A stretch of DNA of 64,000 nt. Source: Takakia lepidozioides (lineage: Eukaryota > Plantae > Bryophyta). The position numbers and the translations under genes were made by a program. The DNA lies in NCBI GenBank assembly GCA_030704615.1, contig CM060733.1, forward strand, positions 1,054,001 through 1,118,000, in the 5' to 3' direction. Shown here in pieces: positions 12,550 through 26,339 of this stretch (position 1 is the stretch's first letter; each line of letters begins with the position of its first letter). The notes under the pieces are model-generated. The model saw only the letters and a list, made by a program, of their open reading frames with translations, was not told where the DNA came from and ran no database searches.

Positions 12550-14622
12550 AAATGCATTACTTTCCGATCATCCCGCGATTGAGGACACAATACCGAAGCC
12601 CCGAATTGGCCAGACTCATGAGATGACACGCCTCGCATCGGAGCCCCCTGGAAAAGGTGTGCGGGCCACAAGATTCACAAGCATGGAGGCATATTGAAGA
12701 GATGCGGCCTTTTCCCTTGGAGGACCCACGACATGTCCACCTCGGCTTCTCCTCGGATGGGGTCAACCCATTCTCTGTCTAGTCATGTAGTCATTCCACT
12801 TGGCCGGTGACCACGGTGAATTACAACATCCCTCCGTATTTTTCAATTAAAAAAGACCATATCATGTTGGCTGCCATTGTGTCAGGTGAGTGTACTCATT
12901 TCATGTTTATTATTGCCTTAGACTTTACATTAAACTTCTGATTCTGACGCAATTCGGATGCAAGATTGATTAGTGACATAATCATGGAGTAAGACGTGTA
13001 ATTCATTTTGTAGTATAATTTGCATATTGGTGGAGCATTGAAACAATGGTGTGAATGTCTCATAGGGAAAAAACAAGTGGCAAACATGGACACGTACTTG
13101 CGACCTCTTGTTGATGAACTTAAGGAGCTATGGAGGGGGGTCCCGGCATTGGATGCTTCACTTGACCCTATGGCCGGACAATCTTTTCAGATGAGAGACA
13201 TCTTGCTTTGGACAATGCATGATTATCCAGGTATATTATATTCCCCATGAACAACCCACGTACATTCACTTGTCAATGTCAGATAATATCGATGAGGATT
13301 GGGATTGATTGAAGTAGCGACGATAGTCTTGTGCACCGTAGTGGGGTAGATGACATTATGGGCCATGCACATGACAACTTTTTGTTTTTGTTAATATGGC
13401 AGGATGTGTAGTACAGGACTAATTGTTTGCTCGCGGCTAAGCACCAAAGGGTACCATGCATGCTTGCATTGTGACGATGATCTTGATGCACATAGCTCCC
13501 GTCATCTTCACAAGATGATGTATCCCAACTACCGCAAATTTCTTCCTATGAGCCATCGATGGAGAAGAAGAGAGAAACACTTGTTTGATGGCAAAGAGGA
13601 AGTACGTCCCCCCCCCCCCCATGACACAGTCCGGGCAGTTTTGGGAGGACCAATGGAAGGAAGCCCATGCGGGCACGGACGGTGAAGTGGACGTGCCCGA
13701 CATGAAATGACTTTCAATCTTCTACGAGTTGTCATATTGGGCGGTACATATTCCACGAAAACACCGTCAATATCCCTATGCATGCATGTGATATTGCACA
13801 TTTGGTATGCGTTGCATTGTCACTTTCACATAAAAAAAAATTGTGTAAGTCTTTGTGGGTGGGGATATATGTCGGACCTGAAGATTCGCCATCTTCTAGA
13901 TCCCATGCATATTGAGAAGAATGTATGCTCGTCCTTTTTTCGGGTTCTTCATAACACGCTGGCAAAAAAGGGAGTGGCTGCAAAATGAGATTCTCTCGGT
14001 GTTAGAAAGGAGCTTGAGGAGCAGGGTCGCATGCGCCATCTATGGGCCAAACAAAATGGTGTGGACCCAAAGGGTGTTGTACAGTGGAAGTATAGGCGCG
14101 CACCTTGGCAATGGACAAAGAAGGAATACAAGAAAGTGATAGCCACCATAAGTGTTGTCCGAACACCAACTGGTTATGGGTCATCCCTCCGTACGAAGTT
14201 CAGCGAGAAGACGGGGTCCATGGTTTAAAGTCTCATGACTACCACAATCTATTGCAAGACATCTTGCCCATTGCAGTACGTGGGACATTGACTCCCGAGG
14301 TTCGTGAGACAATCTTCAAATTGGGAGGCTTGTTCCGGTGGATTTGCTCCAAAGAGTTGGAAGAAGCAGATTTTCCATGCATGAAGAAGGAGGCGGCGGA
14401 GGTAATGTGTATGTTGGAGATGCACCTTCCTCCCTCCTTCTTTGACATCCAAGTGCACTTGGTAGTGCACTTAGTGGAAGATGTTTCGATTGTTGGCGCC
14501 GTTCATTCTCGGTGGATGTACTTCCTTGAGCGTTATATGAAGACTTTGAAATTTGTAAGACAAATGACGCACCCGGAGGGTGGCATGGCGGAGGGGTATA
14601 CATTGCAAGAAGCTATCCGATA
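12550..14622 (+). pseudogene. CACTA/En-Spm Tnp2 transposase core (Transposase_21 + DUF4218), intron-containing, decayed
   Basis: HYFPIIPRL, DSQAWRHI, GFSSDGVNPF, LLWTMHDYPG, KGYHAC, LDPMHIEKNV, LKSHDYH, FFDIQVHLVVHL, RWMYFLERYMK, EGGMAEGY. Confidence 0.9.
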
Positions 14623-15210
14623 TCGGTCTTTCTTGCACTTTGGGCACTGATGAGATGCGAATCTTCTCCGTAGTATAGGGTTTTATCACATGGACATGCA
14701 TGAAAAATCTTATAGCCCATCCTCACAGAGTCCAAGACTTCGCGCGCCTCTTTCCGCAACCGTGGCATCTTGGGTTTCAAGTGTGGAGCAAGGATATAGT
14801 CTGCAATAGTTCGCATTATGGCAGACATCCCAACATTACTTATGCCAAATCGAATTTGAAGATTGAGCAAAAGTAAGATTATTGAAAGTCGACTCACTTT
14901 CGCCCCTTCGTACAAGGGAGTTCTCGCCTCCCTCTCCATGTCATTTGAGGGGGTCATTTCAGGATCATCGATTGGCCGGGTTCCCTCTTCATGGGATGCA
15001 TCAGCGCCCACATGATGCATTAAGAGATCCTCCATGGCTTGCACATCCTCCTGGTTAATTCCATGCTCATTATTGTTGTCACTGTCATCGTCATCATCGT
15101 CCGGTACCATGGGGGTGGCGTCTTGCCCACGGCTCCCGCCTGATGTACTTGGGTTGTTTTCGGATGGGGTGCCAAGAGAAAGGACCGGGAAGGGATGGAC
15201 AAAGTCCTGA
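14616..15210 (-). pseudogene. CACTA transposase N-terminal region
   Basis: EARTPLYEG...LLNLQIRFG...GYKIFHACPCDKTLYYGE then, frameshifted, CPKCKKDRY. Confidence 0.8.
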
Positions 15211-15479
15211 TACAAACAAATGAACATAGGGACAAATATTATAATGTGTCATTGCAACCATACACTTCATTATAAGCGAAATGCAAACAACAACCTTCAA
15301 TGTGTGCGTGCATCAAATATGTCATTCAATAATTACATGTATGTGCGCAACGTACACGCATGCAAAGTTTCAAACCCAAACAAAATCATTTGCCCCCCCC
15401 CCCCCCCCCCCCAATGACGCATTCACCCTATCAACCAATTTTTGTTTATTAATGTGAAAGAAAATCCTCTCATGTCATT

Positions 15480-16000
15480 GTACCCAACAAACGGATGTGG
15501 CTCAAGCTTCATTTTTCCCTACATGTGCTTAAATATGTGTGCAACACTTGTACAAAGATCCAGCAGGGAAAAAAAAAAAAAAAAAAAAAAAAACACATTT
15601 GCCTCCCCAATGACGCACTCACCCTTGCACCAATTTTGAGTTAAATCGAATTTAAAATAATTTAAAATAAATATTTGCATATATGATTGTGGTTTTGAGG
15701 GGCGTAATGATTTTATTTTTAGCTCTATTTTGTTCAGTGACATCGGGCTTTGCACCACTACATCCATGCAAAACATTGGACAAAAATTAAAATGGAAAAA
15801 AAATAAGTGTGTTTCTAGGGTTACTTTTGCATAACTCTCTATAAAGAATGCATGAAGTTGAAGATAACTCAACTTTGGAGTGTAAATGAGAGAACAAAAT
15901 CTGGTTATGGGTCCAAATGACTTTTGTTTATTCCCAAATTTTGCACGCACATTGCATTTGCTATCATTAAGCTTATGGCTTAAAAATGGAATAAAAAAAA
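15480..16000 (-). repeat. Non-coding module homologous (inverted) to 3590-4100
   Basis: Reverse complement of ~15597-15665 (tttaaattcgattt...gggtgagtgcgtcattggggaggcaaat) matches ~3932-4000 (tttaaattcaatt...ggggagcgcgtcgatggggaggcaaat); similarity extends over ~500 bp. Confidence 0.7.
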
Positions 16001-16221
16001 AAATCATCTCCAGGCGAAACGTAATTTTCCGTCTCTATGACACGTAGCTGCGTTCAACACTAGAATGACCCATTGAATCAACTTAGTTCAAGCTCATATT
16101 TGGTCCACATGTGCATAAGTATGTTTAGATCACATCTGCAAAGTTGCAACCCACACGAGCAACAATTTTTTTTAACATCAATCGATTAATTGGATGTATA
16201 CAAAGTACATCATGAGAATAT

Positions 16222-17892
16222 CTACAATGCCCCTCTACGCGATCCCTGTCTCAAAGGAACCCTATTTCTATCATACACATCCCACTCACGCTGTAATCGG
16301 AGGTCCCAATCATCCCGGGAAAACTCGTATGATGCAAATAGTTTGCTGCCAGCCCTAATAGTCCTACTAGCACATGTCATCACAAACATGTGCATCCCCT
16401 CACAGTATACTGACGTATGACCACAAAAGCTCTCATGCCCATCGCTTCGCTCGTCCCATACTACATTGGTTCTCCTAGGATGACCAAAAGAACTATTGAC
16501 CAGCAACATTGCCAAAGATGTCGAGGTCACCATCACAAAATCTGATCTCAATGGGAGACAACCCCCGTCTACGTACATCCTGTCCGTTGACACACAAAAT
16601 GTAGGGTAGGATGTATGGGGCTCCGAGGCATAATGTTCGGAACTCCGCGGAGGTGTAGTATGGACCGTAGTAGTTCTCCGAGGATGAACCACAATATCAT
16701 TGACCATAAATAAACCCCGATCCATAGCAGGGTCTGTAGCGTCTCTCACAACATACCGTCTCCCCCAATACTCGAACTCCACATTTTCTCGGATGGGGGT
16801 GGGAGGGTCGAGATGATTCACCCAACAATGAGGCTGGACGGTCCTCAGTAATATAGTCTTATGCGCTTCCCATCGGGGGTGAGGATCCGGCTCAGGCCAC
16901 CCAAGCCGAAGGGGAGGAAACCTAGGGCGAAGCCGACCCCTCCTAGGGGTTCAGGGGACACATGCACGTGGAGGTGGAGGTGGAGGTGGTACTGCTGGCG
17001 GAGGAGATGAAAGTGGAGGTGGTTGAGGATGTAATGTCGGAGGTGCAGCCGGGGGTACAACGTCCGGATCAAGTACTACCGGAGGTGGATCAGGCAAAGA
17101 AACAGACCGGGGGGGGAGGCCATAATCAAGGGGACCGCCTGAGGAAACTGGAGGGGGGGGGGGGGGGGGGGGGGGGCTACTCGTCACCGGCCATAACGCC
17201 TACGATACCCCTCGACCCTACGCATCTCATCTATGTGCTGCTGGGGGAACCAACTGGTCACATCGGGCACATGCTCTGGCACAAATTCTGCAAGTATACC
17301 GGCGCGAAATGCCTCCTGTGCAATGTGATTGCGAGCTTGGCCATCAAATCATGGCTGCAATGTGCGTAGTGAACGACGCATCAATACTTATGTCATAATT
17401 TTGATTCATGTATGCTTACCGATCATACTATATTATTAGATAAACCTAAATGTACCTTAAATGAATGTTAATGAGAGGGGTGGGAAAAACACTCACCTTT
17501 GTCGCATCCGCAATCTTGTTCTTCTTGTAATGTTTTTCGACAACATGCAGTCGCCGCCTCGGTGGTCTGGTGCCGCCCGGCGGTATCCGTTCCCAACATT
17601 TAGTGCACCAACACTCAATCCTGTTGGGGGGGTCAAAGGTGGACGTGGTTGGACGGGGTGGCCTGCAAGGGGGCAACCCGCGGCACGCCCGACTCGATCC
17701 CGGAGTGTCAACATCCTCCGCATCACCTGAAACTTGGCCCCGGTCCCTTCTACGATTGTGCCCGGCAGCCTGTATTGGATCAGGTGCAATGGGTGGCTCC
17801 TCGCCATGAAAAACGGTCGCTCTAGGGCCACAATCGATATGTGGTACTACCTCCCCATCCACAAGGGAGACGGGTCGATGTTTCCTCACCAT
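16222..17892 (-). pseudogene. CACTA cargo gene with a C-terminal SET-domain-like region (16222-16821), a Pro-rich linker and an N-terminal CWCTKC motif
   Basis: DRGLFMVNDI...VNSS...N...ASRTIRAGSKLFASY matches SET motifs GLFA-x-x-DI, NHS and A-x-RDI-x-x-GEEL-x-x-x-Y; stops and frameshifts upstream. Confidence 0.6.
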
Positions 17893-18984
17893 CGCATCCT
17901 AATTAACACACACCACCAACATTTTTATTTCTCAAAAACCGTTGGCAAAAAAACCCTATGCCTCAGCCTCGGAGCTTTCAAAATTGGTAACCAAAGGCGG
18001 AGCATCCCTATGGTGCTAGAGCCCAAGACAGTAAATCCTTCCTCTCGTTCTATCTTCAGGATGCCCACACCATGGAAAAATTTGTTGAGACCCAGCGCTT
18101 TGCGATTGTCAGATTGAACCACATTTTGGGTATGTGAATCCTAATTACACCGTTTATCCTTTTAACCCCAAGACCCACAACCAAAACCGCCAATCCAAAA
18201 CCTAGCACCATAAAGAAAAGCAAACACCCTAACCCAGTACCATATGAAAAAAAAAAAAAAAAAAAAAAACTAAGAAACCCAAAAGGCCCTAAACCCAGAA
18301 ATGTCGGCCGTCGCCTCTTGCGACACCCTCGCGTCGCATTTGACGACGAGTTTTTTTTCAATTTTTTACCTGGGGGTCGCAACCCGCAACGGCAAGCCGT
18401 CGCGGGGGGCGACGTGTTTTTTTTTATTTATGGGGCCAGGGGTCGCAAGCAACGATGGCCGGTCGTCGCAAATATTATTTTTAAATTTCAAAAAAAAGGC
18501 GGGGCGCAGACGTGCGACGGCCGGGCATAGCACGTAGGCGCCGCGCCTTTTTTTTTCCCTAAGTGCTTAAAGCATCTCTTTCCCCTTCCGTTTTCGTTTG
18601 TTCTTTGGGAGAGAGGTAGTTCAGAGTGGGGTTTAGGGTGCAGGAGAAACGCACCTGCTGCTGAGCCCGAGGTGGTCGCAGGGCCCCAGGGAGTTTGCCC
18701 CAACGCCGCTCTAACGCCCAAAGTAAGCACCGCCTCCTCCCTCACTTTCTCTCTTGCTTTCTTGCCCTAAGCACGGGCTGATGTCTCTCTCTCTTGTGTG
18801 GTAAGAACGCCGCACAGAGGCGCGACCTAAACGAGCTGAAGAGAGAGAGAGTCGTGGTGAGTGGGGGAGAGACGCCCTGCAGCGGCGGGGACCCGCGCCA
18901 GCTCGCCGCAGCAGCTCGCCGCAGCAGCTCGCCGCGCCAGCTCGCTTCAAGCACCAGCCGCAGCAGCAACCGCAGCAGCAGAGG

Positions 18985-21350
18985 TACGTCAGGGAAATTG
19001 CACTCTCTCTTTCCTCTTTGCTTCTGTTTACTGTTCAAAGGTAGTATTCTTGCCCTGAGTTTAAATTTTGGTCTGGTGCCAAGAGTGGGATAGACCCTTG
19101 AGCGCATCCATGATGTCCTCCCCCATGTCACAGATTGGAAACAGGTTTAGGGAAGTTTTCTTCCTAACTTCATTTTCATCAGACAATTTTCTGGTAACAG
19201 ACATGGCTTTGGACACTACACTCTCTAAGTCAGGTTTATCCAGCAAGGTCAAGACTTGTAGGTCCTGATTCAGATCCTTGAGAATCTCTTCTACTCTCTT
19301 CTCCCAAGGCTTACCCTGTTTGACAGGGCGGTCCTGTTTCCAAGATATAGAGTCGATTAACTTAAAATATCTGGTGTTGGACATATGTTGCAGCTGAACC
19401 CACCATCTGACCTTGAATTTATCTCGTCGAGAGCTTAAAAGAGAGCAGCACAGAAGAGAGGGAGAGAGAGGGAGAGGGAGAGATGGACATAGAGAGGGAG
19501 TGAGAGGGAGACATTAGGGGGCAACAAAGAAAAGAAAAGAAGGCAGCTGCTCAGTCACTCCCCCCTCCCCCACATTTTTTTTTTTTCTTTGTTGTCCCCT
19601 CTCTTGGGGAAACAAAAGGGACATATTCTACCTCTGTCAGGGGCTGACGTTGGTAGTAAGACTTACCTTCACATATAGAATTAATCCAGGTTTTCTAGAT
19701 ATCCTCTACAAATCTCTTCACACAAGCATCAATTTGTTGTGTGCGAATTGCCCAAAAACTAGGCCTCAGAAGCGGCTGGGCTTTTGGCTCAGCCTCAACT
19801 TTTTCAAAGTTAGTAAACAGAGGTACATGCATAATTCCCTTGATAGATTTGAAGAGAGCATCTCTTTGGTGAGAGAACCCCGGACAGTGTATCAGAAAAT
19901 GAATAATGTCTTCAGGTTACCCACACAACGGGCAATTGCACTCTCCCGATCCTCTCTTCTTCTGTTTGCTTATCAAAGGAAGGCTTCCTGCCCCGAGTTT
20001 AAATTTCAGTCTAGTGCCGAGAGTGGGTAGACCCTTGAGGTCATCCAAGATGTCCTCCCCCATGTCATAGACTGGAAACAAGTTCAGGGAAGTTTTCTGC
20101 CTAACTTCATTTTCATTAGACAATCTCATGGCAACATACATGGTTGGACACTACAGCCTCTAAGTCAGATTTATCCAGCAGGGTGAAGACTTGCGGTTCC
20201 AGGTCCAGGTCCTTGAGAATCTCTTCTACTGTCTTGTGTCAGGACTTAGCCTGTTTGATAGGTCGGTGGGCGGTCCTGTTTCCAAGATATAGAGTCGATT
20301 AACTCAGGATATCTGGTGTTGGACATATGTTGCAGCTGAACCCACCATCTGACCTTGAATTTATCTCGTCGGGAGCTTAAAAGAGAGCAGCACAGTCACT
20401 CCCCCCCCCCCCCCCCCCCCACATTTTTTTTTTTTTTCTTTGTTGCTCCCTCTCTTGGGGAAACAAAAGGGACAAATCCTACCTCTGTCAGGAGCTGAAG
20501 TTGGTAGTAAGACTTACCTTCACGTATAGAATTAATCCAGGTTTTCCAGATATCCTCTACAAATCACTTCACACAAGCATCAATTTGATGTGTGTGAGAT
20601 GCCCAAAAACTAGGCCTCAGAAGCGGCTGGGCTTTTGGCTCAGCCTCAACTTTTTCAAAGTTAGTAAACAGAGGTACATGCATAATTCCCTTGATAGATT
20701 TGAAGAGAGCATCTCTTTGGTGAGAGAACCCCGGACAGTGTATCAGAAAATGAGTATTGTCTTCAGATTGCCCACACAACGGGCAATTGCACTCTCCCTT
20801 TCCTCTTTGCTTCTGTTTGCTGTTCAAAGGTGGGCTTCCCGCCCTGAGTTTAAATTTCAGTCTAGTGCCGAGAGTGGGTAGACCCTTGAAGTCATCCAAG
20901 ATGTCCTCCCCCATGTCACTGACTGGAAACAAGTTCAGGGAAGTTTTTTGCCTAACTTCATTTTCATCAGACAATCTCATGGCAACAGACATGGTTGGAC
21001 ACTACAGCCTCTAAGTCAGATTTATCCAGCAGGGTGAAGACTTGCGGTTCCAGGTCCAGGTCCTTGAGAATCTCTTCTACTGTCTTGTGCCAAGACTTAG
21101 CTTGTTTGACAGGTCGGTGGGTGGTCCTGTTTCCAAGATATAGAGTCGATTAACTTAGGATATCTGGTGTTGGACATATGCTGCAGCTGACCCTACCATC
21201 TAACCTTAAACTCATCTCGTCAGGAGCTTAAGAGAGAGGGAGAGAGAGGGAGCGATCAGGATTTTTTATTTTTATTTTTAAAGGTGGGGGGGGGGGGGAT
21301 TGAGCAGCTATTGCTCAGCAGCTGCAGCTGCTCAGTCACTCCCCCCCCCA
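18985..21350 (-). mobile_element. Three tandem 3' fragments of one LINE family (RT C-terminal Zn-binding region), interspersed with GA-rich microsatellite
   Basis: PTLGTRLKFKLRAGS.PLNSKQ...CNCPLCGQSEDNTHFLIHC; near-identical blocks delimited by cagtcactcccc at 19552, 20393 and 21333. Confidence 0.8.
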
Positions 21351-24339
21351 CATTTTATTTTTTTCCTTTATTGCCCCCTTTCTCCCTCTGTCTCCACTTC
21401 CCGCTACACGAGCTAATCACCAAGCTCAGAGGTATAATGGATTCCACATGACCTTATACATGTCCTCTTTTGATTCAAGTGACTGATATGTATTTCCACA
21501 TGGCCGTATACAGGTCTTCCTTTATTCAAGTGGCTGATCTGTATTTTATGGGGAGGAAGTAGGCTTTCCAACCCCTTGTGACAATCTTGTCCGGGGATTT
21601 GGAACTACTTTTGCAGTGGGAGAAACCTTATGAAGGGGTCCGGTACACACTCCCTTACGGGGTGAGTGCATACCACACTCACTCCATAAGGGACTGCCAT
21701 ACCAGGGTCTGGTTGGTGGGTGCCCCCTCTCTCCCTCTGTCTCCCTCCTCGGAATTGGCCGGTTGCATCAGTGTTCTTTTCATGTTTTTCCATCTATACC
21801 GGATGGATTCTAAACAGTGTTTTCACTTGCCCTATAAAGTTTTTCTATCCATACCGGAAGGTTTACCTGGGTGGACACTAAAATACCTCTAAAAAGGGTC
21901 TATAATTTTTCATTCCTCTTTTATTGACTTTCATCTATACCAGATGAGTCACCAGAGAATGAGGAATTACCTTTGTAGGGGTTGTGACACTGGCATCCTA
22001 TCTATAATTTTTCCATACATGCCGGATGAAAAATACCAGGATATGAATTCGTTTTATTCCTCCTTTATGCCTTTCTTTCCGTACTGGATGAGGCTTTTCT
22101 TAGGGGATGATGAATTACCTGTTAGGATGAGAAACCGCTGCCTTGGATGATGTGTACTGCTTTTTCATCTTGCTGATGGACCTTTTCCAAATAGATGAAC
22201 CTATTTACTTTTTCATCTGAACCGGATGAAAAATGCAGCTTATGATGGCCTTGGAGAATTGTTTAATTACCCTTAATTATGGCTAATTAAGGAGTGAACC
22301 CTAACCCCTACCCTATAATCTATTGTTTAAACCTAGCTAACGGATGACATCCGTCGGGTTTTCGAGATAAAGGGTGTTGATTATTCATCCGCCACGGATG
22401 AAAAATCGGGCTGTGCCCTAGGGTGTCTCTCCCGCCGTCAGTTGCACTCCTCGTGCATCTGAGCTCTGCTGCTACCCTGTCTGCTGCTTCGTGCCCATGC
22501 CGGACGAGCTCCTAGGGATGCGCAATGGCGGCGTCTTGTCTCTTCTCACAGGCGGGAGACCCCGTTGTGATGGCATCGTCTCTTTCCCTCCTCTGGCTTT
22601 TATGTTTCGCAGCGGCGCTTGTGTGGGGAAGTATATATCTCTATCTCCCTTCTTAAACCTAGCATTTGTATGCTTCGCTTCTCCTTAGTTGTGCTGGAGG
22701 TGGCTTGCTGGTGGCGATGGCGCACAGTTACCTTCCCCAATCACTCAAGGTGATTTTGGTGTTTAGGGTTTCTTTTACTTCATGTCTTTCTCTCTTGTTT
22801 TTGAGGTTCTTAGTTGACATCGATGACAAGTGTAGGGGTCTATGATTCACTTGGGGTTCCACAATCCTCACTAACCCATTGGTTTTTGTGGAGGCTTGTG
22901 ATGGGACCAGGTGAGGATCCCTACTTGCTTTGAATTCTCTTGAGCTTGCAGATAAGGATGTGAGCAAAAGGAACATATTGCTGCTGCCTGCAGCCCCGAT
23001 TTCGGCCCGCTTGCTCCTGGTTTGACATGATGATGCTTGCTTTTGACTTATCTTTTACTACTGCTGATGGAGCATTTCGGCCTGGTAGCCTTGTCTCATG
23101 CAGCACAACATGTGAATCCTACCCTGTCTTGAATCTTTGACAGCTTTGCCTATGGATTTTTAGACTAGGTACTTTTTTTGGCCTTAAAAGAGGATTGATG
23201 GTGGAAGGGTAAAGGCATCAGTGGCTGTTAGGCTCTAAGGATGAGGAGGTCTGGTTTTTGTAAAAGAAGACAGCCTGATAAGGCAATGACAGGCCGTTTT
23301 CAGACCTGGATTTGTTGTGGAATGGAGCATAGTGAGGTTCTATTTGCAAAACATGGCATTAGCCTTCTGTGAAACAGTGATGGTAAGCTCTAAAGGACCA
23401 TGGCCAGTGATTAGTTACTTTATTTTGCCATATGAACAGCCACCTGCATTGTATGATTTATCTTGGCCAAGTGGGCTTGGTCTTGGGCACTCAAATTGTA
23501 TGTGTGTCCATATCTGGATGTTGTGACAGGGCAGGCCTTTCTTCCATGCCAAAATGCCTTACATGATGCATATCTTGGGGCAACTGTACATGATGTAGAA
23601 TGAAGTCGCAGTCAGTCTTGTCATGCCCAATGTGATCATTTGGTTGCATGTTTGGAGTCTGATTAACTACAGACTGGTCTAGCAAGATTCCTGTGTACAC
23701 AGGTCCTGAATCTATACAATGACAGGCTGTTTTTACCTACCCAGAAGGCCTTGCACGATGCACGCCTTGGGGTACTTACATTTGGCCAAATGTGAAGCTG
23801 CAGTATGGTTTGCCATGCCCAAGAAGTTTACTTGGTGGCATGCCCGAAGTGTAATTAATTGCAGGCTGGTCCTTCCAGTTGCCTGTGTGTACATTCCCTG
23901 AATGTGTTGTAGGGCAGGCTGTTCTTACCTACCTTGCATAATGCTTGTCTTGGATCACTTCAAGGTACCTGTGTATACATATCTTGGATCTGTAATGTGG
24001 CAAGAAGTTCTTATATGCCCAAGATATCTTGCATGATGCATATCTTATGGATAACTATGGATGATATAATCTGAGGCTGCAATCTGACTTATATTGTGCA
24101 AGAGGGTCACTTGGGTACATGACAGGAATCTGATTATGAATATACCCCGCCCTCCCACCCTGTTTTATCATGACTAAACGGGTGTCGTCACTTGGTGTGC
24201 TATGACAAGACTGGAAGTGTTAGATGGTGCCCTGTCATGGGCTGTTTATGTCTTTAATTGACATTGACCCTAGTAGCGTCTTGTCCATGTCTTGACATGA
24301 CATGAATATCTTCCCTCTCCCTCTCCCTCTCCAACTCTG

Positions 24340-24900
24340 AGGTTAAGAAAACCATGCTTTGTCGCATTATTAGACCTGCCTTGGAGTACGGATCTGCAAT
24401 ATGGGTTGATAAATCTGACTTAGAGGCTGTAGTGTCCAAAGCCATGTCTGTTGCCATGAGATTGTCTGATGAAAATGAAGTTAGACAGAAAACTTCCCTG
24501 AACTTGTTTCAAGTCAGTGACATGGGGGAGGACATCTTGGATGACCTCAAGGGTCTACCCACTCTCGGCACTAGATTGAAATTTAAACTCAGGGCAGGAA
24601 GCCTACCTTTGAACAGCAAACAGAAGCAGAGAGGAAAGGGAGAGTGCAATTGCCCGTTGTGTGGGCAATCTAAAGAAAGTACTCATTTTCTGATACACTG
24701 TCCGGGGTTCTCTCACCAAGGAGACGCTCTCTTCAAATCTATCAAAGGATACCAACTTTGAAAATTTCAAGGCTGAGCCAAAAGCCCAGGCCCTCCTGAG
24801 GCCTAGTTATTGGGCAAATCACACACAGCAGATTGATGCTTGTGTGGAGGGATTTCTAGAGGATATCGCATACTCGCAAACCGCTGAAAGTCCGCGGGCA
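24340..24900 (+). mobile_element. Fourth copy of the same LINE 3' fragment, opposite orientation
   Basis: ORF 24354-24761: IIRPALEYGSAIW...GTRLKFKLRAGSLPLN...CPLCGQ..THFLIHC; preceded by (CCCTCT)n. Confidence 0.8.
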
Positions 24901-25594
24901 AAAACTTTCTGCTGCATGAAACTCTGCTCATGTGGTTCCACTCTATAACTAGATGGCTCCACATCAACCCTAGATGATATCTCATGGACAAGATTGTGTT
25001 CCACAAATCTATCTTTAGCATCGTGCAAGTTCCAGTTCCACCGGTTTCATGTTTCATGCTCCCGCCCTACGGGTGGAAGTTTTGCTTCAAAATGCCCTGA
25101 AAAATACAAAGAAAAATCTGGAGTATGTTTTTTACGTGGGAACTAAACTTAAGAAAAGGGTTTAGCTACGAAGCAACAATTGTTTTCTTAGAGAGCTTTG
25201 AAAGAGTTTCGTAGTTTGCGGTGTGAGAGAGACGCTACAACAGCTATGGCATTGGTCTTGCTGCCGTTCAACCACTAGCAATCGTTGTTCAGCTCGTGAG
25301 TATGAAAGGCACTCCCAGATTGGGTGTTGGTAGAACGTGAGCACACTTGTGCGCACAGCTCAAGTGAGCACAAGAGGGTACCCATGTTTCCATGGAAATA
25401 GAATACACGTGAATAGGAATATGGTTCATACACGCGAACAAGCACCCCTACTGTATATCTACCAGCTCCAAGTCCCAAATATTTACAGCTTTGGTATCCT
25501 ACAAATAGAAACACATCAGGAAAAAACAAAATCACAATAACCAACACCACCCAAAACACTCAAATACCAAACAATAATTGAACAATTTAATATA

Positions 25595-25870
25595 ATGAGG
25601 CAAACAACGGGTTTCGTCAACGAAATAAATCAAGGTATCGGGTTTCGCCAGCGAAATAAATCAAGGTATCGGATTTCACTAGCGAAATTTCAAGGTATCG
25701 TTGCATATGTCATTATCCAATGGTTTCGTGGACGAAACAAAATGAGTTGTGTTTGGTTTTGCATATAAGGGACAACGTGAGGCTGTTTTATTTCGCTAAC
25801 AAATTGTTACGTGCTTATTGCGGTAGGTCATTACCCATGCTTTCATGGGCGAAACAAAAATGAATTGTGT
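25595..25870. repeat. Cluster of TTTCG-N4-CGAAA palindromic motifs (DNA-transposon subterminal type)
   Basis: tttcgtcaacgaaa, tttcgccagcgaaa, tttcactagcgaaa, tttcgtggacgaaa, tttcatgggcgaaa. Confidence 0.55.
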
Positions 25871-26339
25871 CTAGTTTCACATATTAGTGATTGCTATGAG
25901 CGTCAACATCACATGATTAAATATGCAACTATTAATCAACGAAAATTATTGATGGAGATTGCACTCAAAAGGAAAACCCTTATGCCCCAACTTCGTGTGG
26001 CTTATGCTCACATGAGCAGAAATTTCCAAATGTTTCGCATTTCGTTTGACATGAGCACGTTTTAGTTTCGCTTAAGTACTTTTCCAAGAATATTCTTGGA
26101 ATTTGCGGCATATCCTCTTCTGCTCACGTGAGCAGGCGCACTGAGGCATGAGCCTACGCACATGCTACCCAACCTCCCCAAATGTAATGCAAAGCAATCC
26201 CTCAAGCTGAACATCGGTCATCCAAACGTCACCTAATCTTTTACTAGAGTGTTCATCGCCCTCGTCTTCATCTTGTATTCATCGTGAGTGCCTATAGGCT
26301 CTGTGCTTATACCACCCGACTTACGCCACGTGTTTTTGG

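Larger units (their letters stand above)
10960..18565. mobile_element. Rearranged/composite CACTA (En/Spm) element
   Basis: CACTACAACAAA terminus at 10960 followed by GC-rich tgcgacg/cgtcgca subterminal motifs (10980-11250). Similar motifs at 18300-18545 end in a CACT-like end (~18565; the TSD does not match). Transposase pieces lie inside. Confidence 0.65.

Noticed and set aside
10960-18565. A single intact CACTA element
   Set aside because: The two termini and the 3-bp flanks (AAC vs CTT) do not match, and the interior is scrambled.
21420-24300. Gene or defined element in the region with GGATGAAAA motifs and degenerate repeats
   Set aside because: It looks repeat-derived, but I could not identify termini, a PBS or coding motifs.
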